The notes beneath the pieces are model-generated. The model did not search any database and was not told where the DNA came from. It saw nothing but the letters and a program-made list of their open reading frames with translations. Source: Gemmatimonadales bacterium (GTDB lineage Bacteria; Gemmatimonadota; Gemmatimonadetes; Gemmatimonadales; GWC2-71-9). From it: a DNA stretch of 64,000 bases. Position 1 is the first letter of the stretch, and each line of letters opens with the position of its first letter. Made by a program: the position numbers and the translations under genes. Positions 20,592 through 28,224 of this stretch are shown here, piece after piece. The DNA is taken from NCBI GenBank assembly GCA_035631795.1, contig DASQIB010000027.1, positions 1,910-65,909 of the forward strand. The letters are read 5' to 3'.

Positions 20592-21574
20592 GGAATAACC
20601 CTCCTCGCCCCCACCCACCGATCGAGCCAGTACGACCCCTCGGCGTCCTGGGGATCGAGGCGCGACAGCTTCACGCCACGGCTCGAGCTGTGGATGAATT
20701 TGAGCTCGCCCACGTATATGCCGACGTGCGTGACGCCCGCACCGGCGCGCGCCGAGAAGAGCAAGATGTCCCCCGGGCGCAGGGCGTCGACCACGGGCGT
20801 GACCTCGGCGCCAGCCTTCGCCTGGTCGCGACTCATGCGGGGCAGCCGAATGCCGTGCCGGGCGTACGCGTACTGGATCAAGCCGGAGCAATCAAAGCCG
20901 TTGTTCTCCGTTCCACCCCAGACGTACGGCGTGCCGATGGATTCGAGCGCGCTCTGAACCACGTCGGCGGCGTTGCCGGTGATCGTCGCCGGCGGCTCCG
21001 GCGGTGGCAGCTCGGGTGGCGCCCACGGTCCGGTCCCTTTGCCCCCTCCCCCTCCCCGACCCACACCTCCCAGGCCCATCGAGACGCCGATGCTCAAGCT
21101 CACGCCCTTGCGTGCGTCGCTGCGCGGGTTCCAGAAGCCACGGGGACCGCGATCCTCGAGCCGATACCGCACTTCCGAGCCGACTCCGAACCAGCTCAGC
21201 GGTCGCCATTCGAATCCACCGCCGATGCTCCACTGCGCCGCCAGCTCTTGTGTGGACGGGTCCGTCGAGAGCCCGAGTGCCAGGCCCGCGAGCGCGTAGG
21301 GACCGAGCGTGGCCTGGCCGCGCCACGCCTGTAGCTCGTAGCCGAGCCCGTAAAAGGCCCGCCGCCGGCCGAGCGAGTCGTTCACGAGCACCGCCGCGCC
21401 GAAGCCGTGGGTGAACGGCCCCCCCCCCGCTCGCGCGCTGGTGCGAAACTCGTAGACGTTGGCGCGATTGCCGTTGTACCACCGTCCCAGATGGAGCTCC
21501 CATCCCGTTCCCTGCGCGACCAGCGCGGCCGGCAGCAGGAGGAGCCCGGCGAGCGGCTTAGTCAGCAGCGGCAA
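20588..21574 (-). CDS. NlpC/P60 peptidoglycan hydrolase with N-terminal beta-barrel-like domain
   Basis: C-terminal NlpC/P60 domain (GTPYVWGGTENNGFDCSGLIQYAY ... THVGIYVG). The start was chosen at an in-frame TTG (PLLTKPLAGLLLLPAALVAQG signal) because no ATG or GTG is nearby. The start is uncertain. Confidence 0.7.
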   Translation of the reverse strand: MPLLTKPLAGLLLLPAALVAQGTGWELHLGRWYNGNRANVYEFRTSARAGGGPFTHGFGAAVLVNDSLGRRRAFYGLGYELQAWRGQATLGPYALAGLALGLSTDPSTQELAAQWSIGGGFEWRPLSWFGVGSEVRYRLEDRGPRGFWNPRSDARKGVSLSIGVSMGLGGVGRGGGGGKGTGPWAPPELPPPEPPATITGNAADVVQSALESIGTPYVWGGTENNGFDCSGLIQYAYARHGIRLPRMSRDQAKAGAEVTPVVDALRPGDILLFSARAGAGVTHVGIYVGELKFIHSSSRGVKLSRLDPQDAEGSYWLDRWVGARRVIP

Positions 21575-21842
21575 TGGCCCGCTGCTCCTCCGACGCGCGC
21601 GGCGCCATGTGATGGGACAGGAGATGTGGCACCCGGCGCATGAAGCGGACCCAGATCGCGAGCGCCACGAATGCGCAAACGGCAGCGGCCGCGCCCGCGA
21701 CCACGAGCATAGTGAGGGGGCGAGCGAACCGCGTCGCCACGAGGGCGCCGGCCCACAGGCCGACGTACGACGCGAACCAAGCCAAGACGGGCGTGAGCAG
21801 CCAGCCGACGACGACCAGCAGGTGGGCGAGCCACCGGGGCAC
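21558..21842 (-). CDS. small membrane protein (2-3 TM)
   Basis: 94 aa, GTG start, hydrophobic helices (WLAHLLVVVGWLLTPVLAWFASYVGLWAGALV; MLVVAGAAAAVCAFVALAIWV). No recognisable family. Confidence 0.45.
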   Translation of the reverse strand: MPRWLAHLLVVVGWLLTPVLAWFASYVGLWAGALVATRFARPLTMLVVAGAAAAVCAFVALAIWVRFMRRVPHLLSHHMAPRASEEQRAIAAAD

Positions 21843-21855
21843 CTCGCCCTCCGCG

Positions 21856-22491
21856 TTAGCCCTTCCGGGCCAGGGCGACGATGGCGAACGCCGCGATCGC
21901 GACCGTGAAAGCGCCGCCAGTGGCTACCGGGAGCGCGATCCCGAACGCGAGCAGCCGCGCCACCACGGCGCCGATTACGGTCGCGATGACGACGGGCATG
22001 GCCCGGCGGGCGAGCGTCGTCTCGCCCTCCCCGCGGGGTGCCGCGGCGGCCGTGACGATCCCGCCCATCCACGCGAGGAACGTCCCGAGCATCCACCAGA
22101 CGGGCAGGTACCACCACGAGCTGCCGCCCCCGATCGCGTCCCACGTCCAGGGGTAGGCTTTGAACGGCCGCAACACGATGATGTCGATTGCGCTGAATAC
22201 GATCGTCCCGACCAATCCGATGGCTGCCGCACCCGCAATTCCGTCCGCGCCCCGCGGGGCCGTCCACGTGGCCGGGAGGAACGCGGCCAGGACGCCTGCC
22301 GCAAGCACGATCAGGGCCTCAACGACCCCTCGCGCGCCGGCGGTTTCGGGCACCCGCTGCGAGGCCGCCAGAAAGGCCACCACCGCCACGCCCGTAACGA
22401 GGCCGACTCCAGCGCCGCCCAGAGTGACGGTACGGAAGTCAGACCGGTCGAAGGCGACGTGTGCCGTGGGCGCGGAAGAGGGGGCTGACAT
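21856..22491 (-). CDS. polytopic membrane protein, unknown function
   Basis: 211 aa with about 6 hydrophobic segments and GC3-rich codons. Confidence 0.6.
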   Translation of the reverse strand: MSAPSSAPTAHVAFDRSDFRTVTLGGAGVGLVTGVAVVAFLAASQRVPETAGARGVVEALIVLAAGVLAAFLPATWTAPRGADGIAGAAAIGLVGTIVFSAIDIIVLRPFKAYPWTWDAIGGGSSWWYLPVWWMLGTFLAWMGGIVTAAAAPRGEGETTLARRAMPVVIATVIGAVVARLLAFGIALPVATGGAFTVAIAAFAIVALARKG

Positions 22492-22544
22492 GCGTCGTGT
22501 TCTCCTCAGTGATGGGCTGACTCGCGAAATCTACGTACCCGGTC

Positions 22545-23471
22545 TCACCGGGCAAACACCAGTAGCACCGTGAGATCGGTGACTCCCCAGGCTGCCAGCG
22601 CGCGATACATACGCCGCTGGTGGGCCGCCCGAGGGAGCGTGTCGCGTCGCCGGTACCACGGAACGAGCACGACAAGCCACGCCGCCAGTGGTCCGAGCAG
22701 CCACGAGGCCGGGCCTCCCCCCTCGAGCACCAGGGCTGCCCAACCGAATAACGTGAAGGCGAGCAGCGTGCACGCGATCGAGACGCTCAGGCTCGCCCTG
22801 AGCCCCAGGAGTAGCGCTAACGTCCGATCGCCGCGCTGGCGGTCCTCCTCCAATTGATACAACTGTGTGAGCGGATAGAGCCCCGCGAATAGTGGGCAAA
22901 ACGCGACGAGGACCAGCGCATGACCAGCGTCGAGCGGACGCCCGGTCGCGGCCCAGGCGGCAAAGGGAGTGAGCGTCCCGAAGCCCCACATGTTGATCAG
23001 CCAGTCGACGCCGGCGACGGCCTTGAAGCGGAACGGCGGGACGGAATAGAGAATCGACAGGATGAAGCAGATGGCGTACGCGATTCGAAACGCGGGCGGG
23101 AGCGCGAACGCCAGCAGCTGGCCGGCCGAGAGGAGGAAGAGGCTGAACGCCAGGAGATGTCGGGGCAACGGGGGTGGCGCGTTCAAGTACCCGATATCGC
23201 CCTCGTCCTTGTCGAACACGGAATTGATGGCGAGCGTGCCGCCGTTGAGAAAGATCACCCAGACGACCAGCGCTAAGAGCGCAGGGAGGAACCGCTCCCC
23301 GCTCCCCGCTCCCTTGAGACCCACCGCGAGCACATATCCCAGGATGGTATGCCCCGCCATGATCGGCCACTCGGCCGGACGCATGTGGAGCAGGTAGGAG
23401 AAGAGGTCGCCAGGTAGCAGGCGGTAGCCCCACTGGCGCCAGGGATTCAGCGCGCGGGGGTTCCCTACCAC
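22545..23471 (-). CDS. UbiA-superfamily prenyltransferase (atypical Asp-rich motif)
   Basis: Track ORF trimmed to the GTG at 23471, overlapping the coaX stop by 7 nt; an alternative ATG lies at 23384. Polytopic. N-terminal YLLHMRPAEWP and NSVFDKDEGD in the position of the first Asp-rich motif. Confidence 0.65.
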   Translation of the reverse strand: MVGNPRALNPWRQWGYRLLPGDLFSYLLHMRPAEWPIMAGHTILGYVLAVGLKGAGSGERFLPALLALVVWVIFLNGGTLAINSVFDKDEGDIGYLNAPPPLPRHLLAFSLFLLSAGQLLAFALPPAFRIAYAICFILSILYSVPPFRFKAVAGVDWLINMWGFGTLTPFAAWAATGRPLDAGHALVLVAFCPLFAGLYPLTQLYQLEEDRQRGDRTLALLLGLRASLSVSIACTLLAFTLFGWAALVLEGGGPASWLLGPLAAWLVVLVPWYRRRDTLPRAAHQRRMYRALAAWGVTDLTVLLVFAR

Positions 23472-24244
23472 GTCAGACCCAGCGCTTTCGCGGCGATGCG
23501 CAAGCCCGTGAGCGTCAGATCGGGGTACACCGATTCGATCTCTCGCACGAGCGGGGCGACGAGGCCCGCCAAGCCGCCGGTGGCGATCACCTGCGGCGTG
23601 GTCCCATTCGGCCACTCGGCCTTGATACGGCGCACGATGCCGTCGACGGCGTCCGCGCTACCGAGGAGGACGCCGGAGCGAATCGCCTCGTCGGTGCGCC
23701 GTCCGATCGTTCGCGCGGGCGGCATCAGGTCGGTGGCGGGGAGCTTGGCCGTCCCGCGAATGAGCGCGTCCGACGCGGTGCGGATGCCGGGCATGATGAC
23801 GCCGCCGAGGAAGTGGCCGTCGGCGGTGATGCAGTCGAATGTCGTCGCGGTGCCGAAGTCCACAACGATCGTGTCGCGCCGAAACAGCTGGGCGGCGGCG
23901 AGCGTGTTGAGAATGCGATCGGCGCCGACCTGCAGGGGCTCCTCCACGTCGAGCGTGATCGGGAGCTTCGAGCGACCGTCCACCACCACCGGGCGCACCG
24001 TCGTGGCCCGCTCGACCGCCTCGCACAGGCCCTGCGTGACCGGTGGGACGACGGACGCGACGACGGCCGCGCGCACCTCCTGCGTGGAGCGGCCCTCCTG
24101 CGCCAGGTACGACGTCAGTGTGGCCGCCCACTCGTCGGGGGTGCGCGACGGCGTGGTCGTCAGGCGCCAATGCGCCTCGAGGCTGTCACGCCGGAACAGC
24201 CCGACTTTCGTTTCGGTGTTGTTGATGTTGATGGCGAGGAGCAT
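23465..24244 (-). CDS. coaX: type III pantothenate kinase
   Basis: 259 aa with MLLAININNTETKVGLF and DFGTATTFD, in the ASKHA fold CoaX family. Confidence 0.9.
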   Translation of the reverse strand: MLLAININNTETKVGLFRRDSLEAHWRLTTTPSRTPDEWAATLTSYLAQEGRSTQEVRAAVVASVVPPVTQGLCEAVERATTVRPVVVDGRSKLPITLDVEEPLQVGADRILNTLAAAQLFRRDTIVVDFGTATTFDCITADGHFLGGVIMPGIRTASDALIRGTAKLPATDLMPPARTIGRRTDEAIRSGVLLGSADAVDGIVRRIKAEWPNGTTPQVIATGGLAGLVAPLVREIESVYPDLTLTGLRIAAKALGLTW

Positions 24245-24257
24245 GCGGAAAAGCTAC

Positions 24258-24317
24258 AGAGGTCGGTAGAGGTCGGTAGAGGTCGGGAGAGGCCGGTAGA
24301 GGTCGGGAGTGGAGGGG
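24258..24317 (+). repeat. left arm: tandem decamers AGAGGTCGGT (5 good copies plus 1 degenerate)
   Basis: agaggtcggt agaggtcggt agaggtcggg agaggccggt agaggtcggg agtggagggg. The array ends 14 nt from the coaX ATG. Confidence 0.85.
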
Positions 24318-24400
24318 AACGCGCTCAATCGCCTGCTTTCGCTACTGCTTGCAACGATTCGGTCCTCACGGCCCGAGACGCCGACGTTACGTTGTTGCGC

Positions 24401-24709
24401 GTGCCTCCTTATGAGCGTCTCCGCGCATGGCGAGAATGTCATAGGCTCGTGCTCGAGACCTACCGAGCGACGAAGTCATTCCCGAGAGAAGAGACCTACG
24501 GCCTGACATCCCAGGCGCGGCGGGCCGAGTGTCGCCGCTTCCTTGACATCACGATTGGTTCGCTGGCGGAACTTGGTTACACGTTCCGCGTCGCACGGGA
24601 GCTCGGCATGTTGCCCGGCCCGGATTGGGAGGTGCTGGAAGATCTGCGAAGGCGGGCGGGCTTTCTGACGTGGCGACTGTATCGGTCCTTGGGGAACACA
24701 GGACAGTGA
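24401..24709 (+). CDS. four-helix-bundle protein (23S rRNA IVS protein / Avd family), internally deleted variant
   Basis: GTG at 24401 gives 102 aa: PPYERLRAWRECHRLVLETYRATKSFPREETYGLTSQARRAE-CRRFLDITIGSLAELGYTFRVARELGML. This matches the family pattern but lacks the central S-I-x-x-N-I-A-E-G segment. No Shine-Dalgarno was seen. Confidence 0.65.
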   Translation: MPPYERLRAWRECHRLVLETYRATKSFPREETYGLTSQARRAECRRFLDITIGSLAELGYTFRVARELGMLPGPDWEVLEDLRRRAGFLTWRLYRSLGNTGQ

Positions 24710-24714
24710 GAGGT

Positions 24715-24763
24715 CCCACCTCTACCGACTTCTACGACTTCTACCGACCTCTTCCGACCTCTA
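24715..24763 (-). repeat. right arm: 5 inverted copies of the decamer (CCGACCTCTA units)
   Basis: cccacctcta ccgacttcta cgacttcta ccgacctctt ccgacctcta. The last CTA is the birA stop codon on the minus strand. A small hairpin, agaggt-ccc-acctct, lies at 24709-24723. Confidence 0.85.
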
Positions 24764-25501
24764 CGCCAGCTCCACGTGCCCCTCGCGCAGCGCGATCGTC
24801 CCCGCGCCGAGGTCGACGAGGAGCGCGCCGTCGGGGCGGACGCCCTGCGCTCGACCGACGGCGGGCGCGCGCAGCTGGCGGCCGCGGAGCCAGTCGCGGG
24901 CCGCGAAGGCGGCGCTTTCGCGCTCGCTCAACGCGGACGTACCGGAGGCCAGACCGGCGAGCGCCGGCACCAGCCGATCGAGGACGTCGAGCCGGCGCAC
25001 CGCGGGCAGCCATTCCACTAGCGCGACCGCCCGTTGCGCGACCTCTCGGGGAATCGGGTTGCACACGTTGATCCCCACGCCCAACCCCAGCCACTGTAGC
25101 GTTTCCCCGTGCCAGCGGCCTTCGCACAGGATCCCGGCGAGCTTTCGCTCCGCCAGCAGGACGTCGTTCGGCCACTTGAGGCGCGTCTCGGCCCGGCCCA
25201 GGAGACCGTCGACCGCGTCGGCCACCGCCAGGCCAACGCGCACGGACAGAACGCCCAGCTCGGCCCGTGTCGGGCGGAGCAGCACCCCGAGCCACACGCC
25301 GCCCGGCGGGGAGTGCCACGTCCGGCCGTCGCGGCCGCGGCCAGCCGTCTGCTGCTCCGCGATGACCACGCTGCTGGCAGGCGCTCCCTGCGACCCGAGG
25401 TCGTGAATGGCGTTCAGGGCGGAATCGAGTGCGTGGAAGAGTGCGCACTGCGGCACGCCCCACCGCCCCGCCAAGTCGGCCGCCGGTACCCCGTCGAGCA
25501 T
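24761..25501 (-). CDS. birA: biotin--[acetyl-CoA-carboxylase] ligase (no HTH domain)
   Basis: Track ORF trimmed to the ATG at 25501, giving 246 aa. QTAGRGRDGRTWHSPPGG and KWPNDV motifs. The start overlaps the uppP stop by 1 nt. Confidence 0.85.
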   Translation of the reverse strand: MLDGVPAADLAGRWGVPQCALFHALDSALNAIHDLGSQGAPASSVVIAEQQTAGRGRDGRTWHSPPGGVWLGVLLRPTRAELGVLSVRVGLAVADAVDGLLGRAETRLKWPNDVLLAERKLAGILCEGRWHGETLQWLGLGVGINVCNPIPREVAQRAVALVEWLPAVRRLDVLDRLVPALAGLASGTSALSERESAAFAARDWLRGRQLRAPAVGRAQGVRPDGALLVDLGAGTIALREGHVELA

Positions 25502-26283
25502 CAGCGGCGCCACACGGCGTACGCGATCGTGAGCACGCCTGCGATCCAATTGTAGGGCGCGAACGCGTAAAACCGGCCGCGTTTGAGGAGCGCCACGAGA
25601 AACCGAATCGACCAGATCCCGCCCGCGAAGGCGACCGCGAAACTCACCGCCAGCGGGACCGCGCCAACCGCTGCGACGTTCACGGCCATGTGTCGCCCTT
25701 CGACCAGGGCCGCGCCCGCGATCACCGGAATGGCGAGGAGGAAGCTGAATTCCGCCGCGGCGGCGGGCCCGAGTCCGGCCCATAGCGCCGCGCACACCGT
25801 CGAGCCGGAGCGGGACACGCCGCGAAACAGCGCAGCGACCGCCTGGGCGAAGCCGATCCCCACCGCCGCGCCGACGGAGGGCTGGGGGCGCTCCCCCGCC
25901 AACCGTCGCGTCGACCAGTTCATGAATCCCGTGACGAGGAACCCCAACCCAACGAGCACGAGCGACGCTGCCGCCTCGACCTGCTGATGGAAGACCACCC
26001 CGATCACACCGGCCGGAATCGTCGCGAGCAGCAACAGGCCCGCGACGCGGAGGTCCTCGGGCCGTCGCGCCAGGACGCCGCGGACGATGGACCACAGCCG
26101 GCCTCCGTACACGACCAGCACGGAGCCGAGCGTGGCCACGTGAAGGGCGACCTCCACGAACACGCCAGGCGTGTGGACGCCCGTGATGACCTCGAGCACG
26201 CGGAGGTGGCCGGAGCTCGATACCGGGAGAAACTCGGTGAGGCCCTGCACGAGCCCCAGCACCAGACCCTGCCAGAGCGTCAC
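25501..26283 (-). CDS. uppP: undecaprenyl-diphosphate phosphatase
   Basis: Trimmed to the GTG at 26283 (GTGA overlap). LGLVQGLTEFLPVSSSGHL signature. Polytopic. Confidence 0.9.
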   Translation of the reverse strand: MTLWQGLVLGLVQGLTEFLPVSSSGHLRVLEVITGVHTPGVFVEVALHVATLGSVLVVYGGRLWSIVRGVLARRPEDLRVAGLLLLATIPAGVIGVVFHQQVEAAASLVLVGLGFLVTGFMNWSTRRLAGERPQPSVGAAVGIGFAQAVAALFRGVSRSGSTVCAALWAGLGPAAAAEFSFLLAIPVIAGAALVEGRHMAVNVAAVGAVPLAVSFAVAFAGGIWSIRFLVALLKRGRFYAFAPYNWIAGVLTIAYAVWRR

Positions 26284-27101
26284 GTGACCCGTCCGGCCAC
26301 GAGCGCAACGATGCCAAGCAGCATCGCGCCCTTGAGCCACGCGCTACTCGCCGCGGGACGACCGACGAACAGCCGGACCGCCACGGCGAGCACGACGAGC
26401 TGGGCAAAGAGCGCGATCAGGAAGTAGGCACCTCCGTAGTGAGCCGCCGCGGGCAGCACCACTGACAGCGGCACGAACGCCGCCGCGAGCACGCCGGCGA
26501 TCACGCCCGCCCGGTGCTGGCCGAAGCGAATGGGGAGCGTCCGGCGCCCGAGGGCGCGGTCTCCCGCTTCGTCGTCCAAGTCCTTCACAATTTCGCGCAC
26601 GAGGTGAATCCACGCGGCGAGCGTCCATGGAACGATGCCGGCCTTCGGGCGCTCGACCGCGATGGCGCCGAACATGAGCGGGAGGCCGGCGACGAGGGCA
26701 ACCGCGACGTTCCCCGGCAGGCCGCGCCGCTTGAGCAGGGGCGAGTACGCGACCATCACGCCGAGCGCGGCCGCGCCGATGAGCACGGCGGTCCCATTGA
26801 CGAACGCGGCGGCCGTGAGCCCGAGCAACGTCCCCCCCGCGACGCAGAGGTCCGCCGTGCCGCGAGATATCCGGCCCGCGGCGAGCGGTCGCCCGGCCGG
26901 CCGGTTTACGCGGTCCGCGGCATCGTCCCAGATATCGTTGAGGGCATACCCGGCCGCGCCGAAGCCGACGGCCGCTATGGCCGCCAGCAGCAACACGGTG
27001 GGCGTCGCGAAGGCCCCGAGCGCGATCCACCCTCCCGCCAGCACGCCCGCCGCGGCCACCACGAGATTGGACGCGCGAACCAGCCGGAGGACGTCCGTCA
27101 C
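26280..27101 (-). CDS. UbiA-family prenyltransferase
   Basis: 273 aa, polytopic. YALNDIWDDAADRVNRPAGRPLAAG matches the canonical NDxxDxxxD...RP motif. GTGA overlaps on both sides. Confidence 0.8.
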   Translation of the reverse strand: MTDVLRLVRASNLVVAAAGVLAGGWIALGAFATPTVLLLAAIAAVGFGAAGYALNDIWDDAADRVNRPAGRPLAAGRISRGTADLCVAGGTLLGLTAAAFVNGTAVLIGAAALGVMVAYSPLLKRRGLPGNVAVALVAGLPLMFGAIAVERPKAGIVPWTLAAWIHLVREIVKDLDDEAGDRALGRRTLPIRFGQHRAGVIAGVLAAAFVPLSVVLPAAAHYGGAYFLIALFAQLVVLAVAVRLFVGRPAASSAWLKGAMLLGIVALVAGRVT

Positions 27102-28222
27102 GAGAGCACGTCCTGGTACAGGCGCTCGTACCGCGGCACGACGCGGTCGGCCGCGAACTCGAGCGCCCGTCGCGCGGCCGCGCCGCGCAACCGGGTGTGC
27201 AGCGCCTTGTCGCGCAATACCTCGATCGCGCGCCCCGTCATGGCCGCCACGTCCCCGCTCGACGTGAGGAAACCGGTCTCACCGTCCACGACCACCTCGG
27301 GCAGGCCGCCCACCGCGCTCGCCACCACCGGGACGCCGCACGCCATCGCCTCGAGCGCCGCGAGTCCGAACGATTCCGTCTGGGAGGGCAGCAAGAAGAG
27401 ATCGCTGCATCGCAGGATGTCGCCGACGTTATCGACCTTGCCGAGGAAGCGCACGTCGCGGCGAAGCTTGAGGTGGTCGACCTCCTGCTCGGCGGCGTCG
27501 CGATCGGGCCCGTCGCCCACTAGGACCAGCGTCGCAGGCATGGCGCGGTGCACACCGGCGAACACGCGTACCACATCGGTCAACCGCTTCACCGCCCGGA
27601 AGTTCGAGACGTGCACCAGCACCTTGTGATCCGGTGGGGCGAGCGAGCTGCGACACGTCCCATCCGTCGGCGGATGATATTCGCCCGTCGAGATGAAGTT
27701 CGGAATCACCGTCACGTCGCACCCGGCGCAGCCGAACGCGCGATAGGTCTCCGTGCGGAGATACTCAGACACCGCCGTCACACGGTCCGACCGCTCGATC
27801 GAAAACTTGGTGAGCGTGAAGTAGGACGGGTCCTGTCCCACGAGGGTGATGTCGGTGCCATGGAGCGTGGTGACGATCTTCAGATCGCGCTCGTCCGCCA
27901 GCATCTGCTTGGCCAGCCACGCGGTGGCGGCGTGCGGGATCGCGTAATGCACGTGCATGAGGTCGAGGTTCTCGCGCATCGCCACCTCGTGCTGCTTCAC
28001 CGCCAAGGCGAGCGCGTACGGCGAGGACTGCTCGAACAACGGGTACTCGGTTTGCGTGACCTCGTGAAACGTGACGCGCTCGACATAGCCGCGCAGGCGG
28101 AACGGGCTGGCGTACGAGATGAGGTGCACCTCGTGCCCGCGGCGCGCGAGCTCTAGGCCCAGCTCGGTGGCGACCGCACCCGAGCCACCGTACGTCGGAT
28201 AGCAGGTGATCCCGATCCGCAT
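27098..28222 (-). CDS. bshA: N-acetyl-alpha-D-glucosaminyl L-malate synthase (GT4), bacillithiol biosynthesis
   Basis: 374 aa. MRIGITCYPTYGGSGAVATELGLELARRGHEVH, TTLHGTDIT, VSNFRAVKR and ESFGLAALEAMACGVP are collinear with B. subtilis BshA as recalled from memory. Confidence 0.85.
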   Translation of the reverse strand: MRIGITCYPTYGGSGAVATELGLELARRGHEVHLISYASPFRLRGYVERVTFHEVTQTEYPLFEQSSPYALALAVKQHEVAMRENLDLMHVHYAIPHAATAWLAKQMLADERDLKIVTTLHGTDITLVGQDPSYFTLTKFSIERSDRVTAVSEYLRTETYRAFGCAGCDVTVIPNFISTGEYHPPTDGTCRSSLAPPDHKVLVHVSNFRAVKRLTDVVRVFAGVHRAMPATLVLVGDGPDRDAAEQEVDHLKLRRDVRFLGKVDNVGDILRCSDLFLLPSQTESFGLAALEAMACGVPVVASAVGGLPEVVVDGETGFLTSSGDVAAMTGRAIEVLRDKALHTRLRGAAARRALEFAADRVVPRYERLYQDVLS

Positions 28223-28224
28223 GA

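Larger units (their letters stand above)
24256..24763. other. IVS-like inverted-repeat cassette (putative insertion) filling the birA-coaX spacer
   Basis: Inverted arrays of tandem decamers flank a four-helix-bundle ORF on the opposite strand. See the two repeat features and the CDS below. Confidence 0.5.

Noticed and set aside
21562-21834. 90-aa minus-strand ORF overlapping the small membrane-protein ORF in another frame
   Set aside because: Its composition is Arg/Gly-rich junk. The alternative frame (21558..21842) encodes plausible TM helices.
24258-24317. Tandem decamer arrays as a possible CRISPR array
   Set aside because: The units are only 10 nt, directly abutting with no spacers, and no cas genes are present. 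The arrays are better explained as the inverted arms of a stem.
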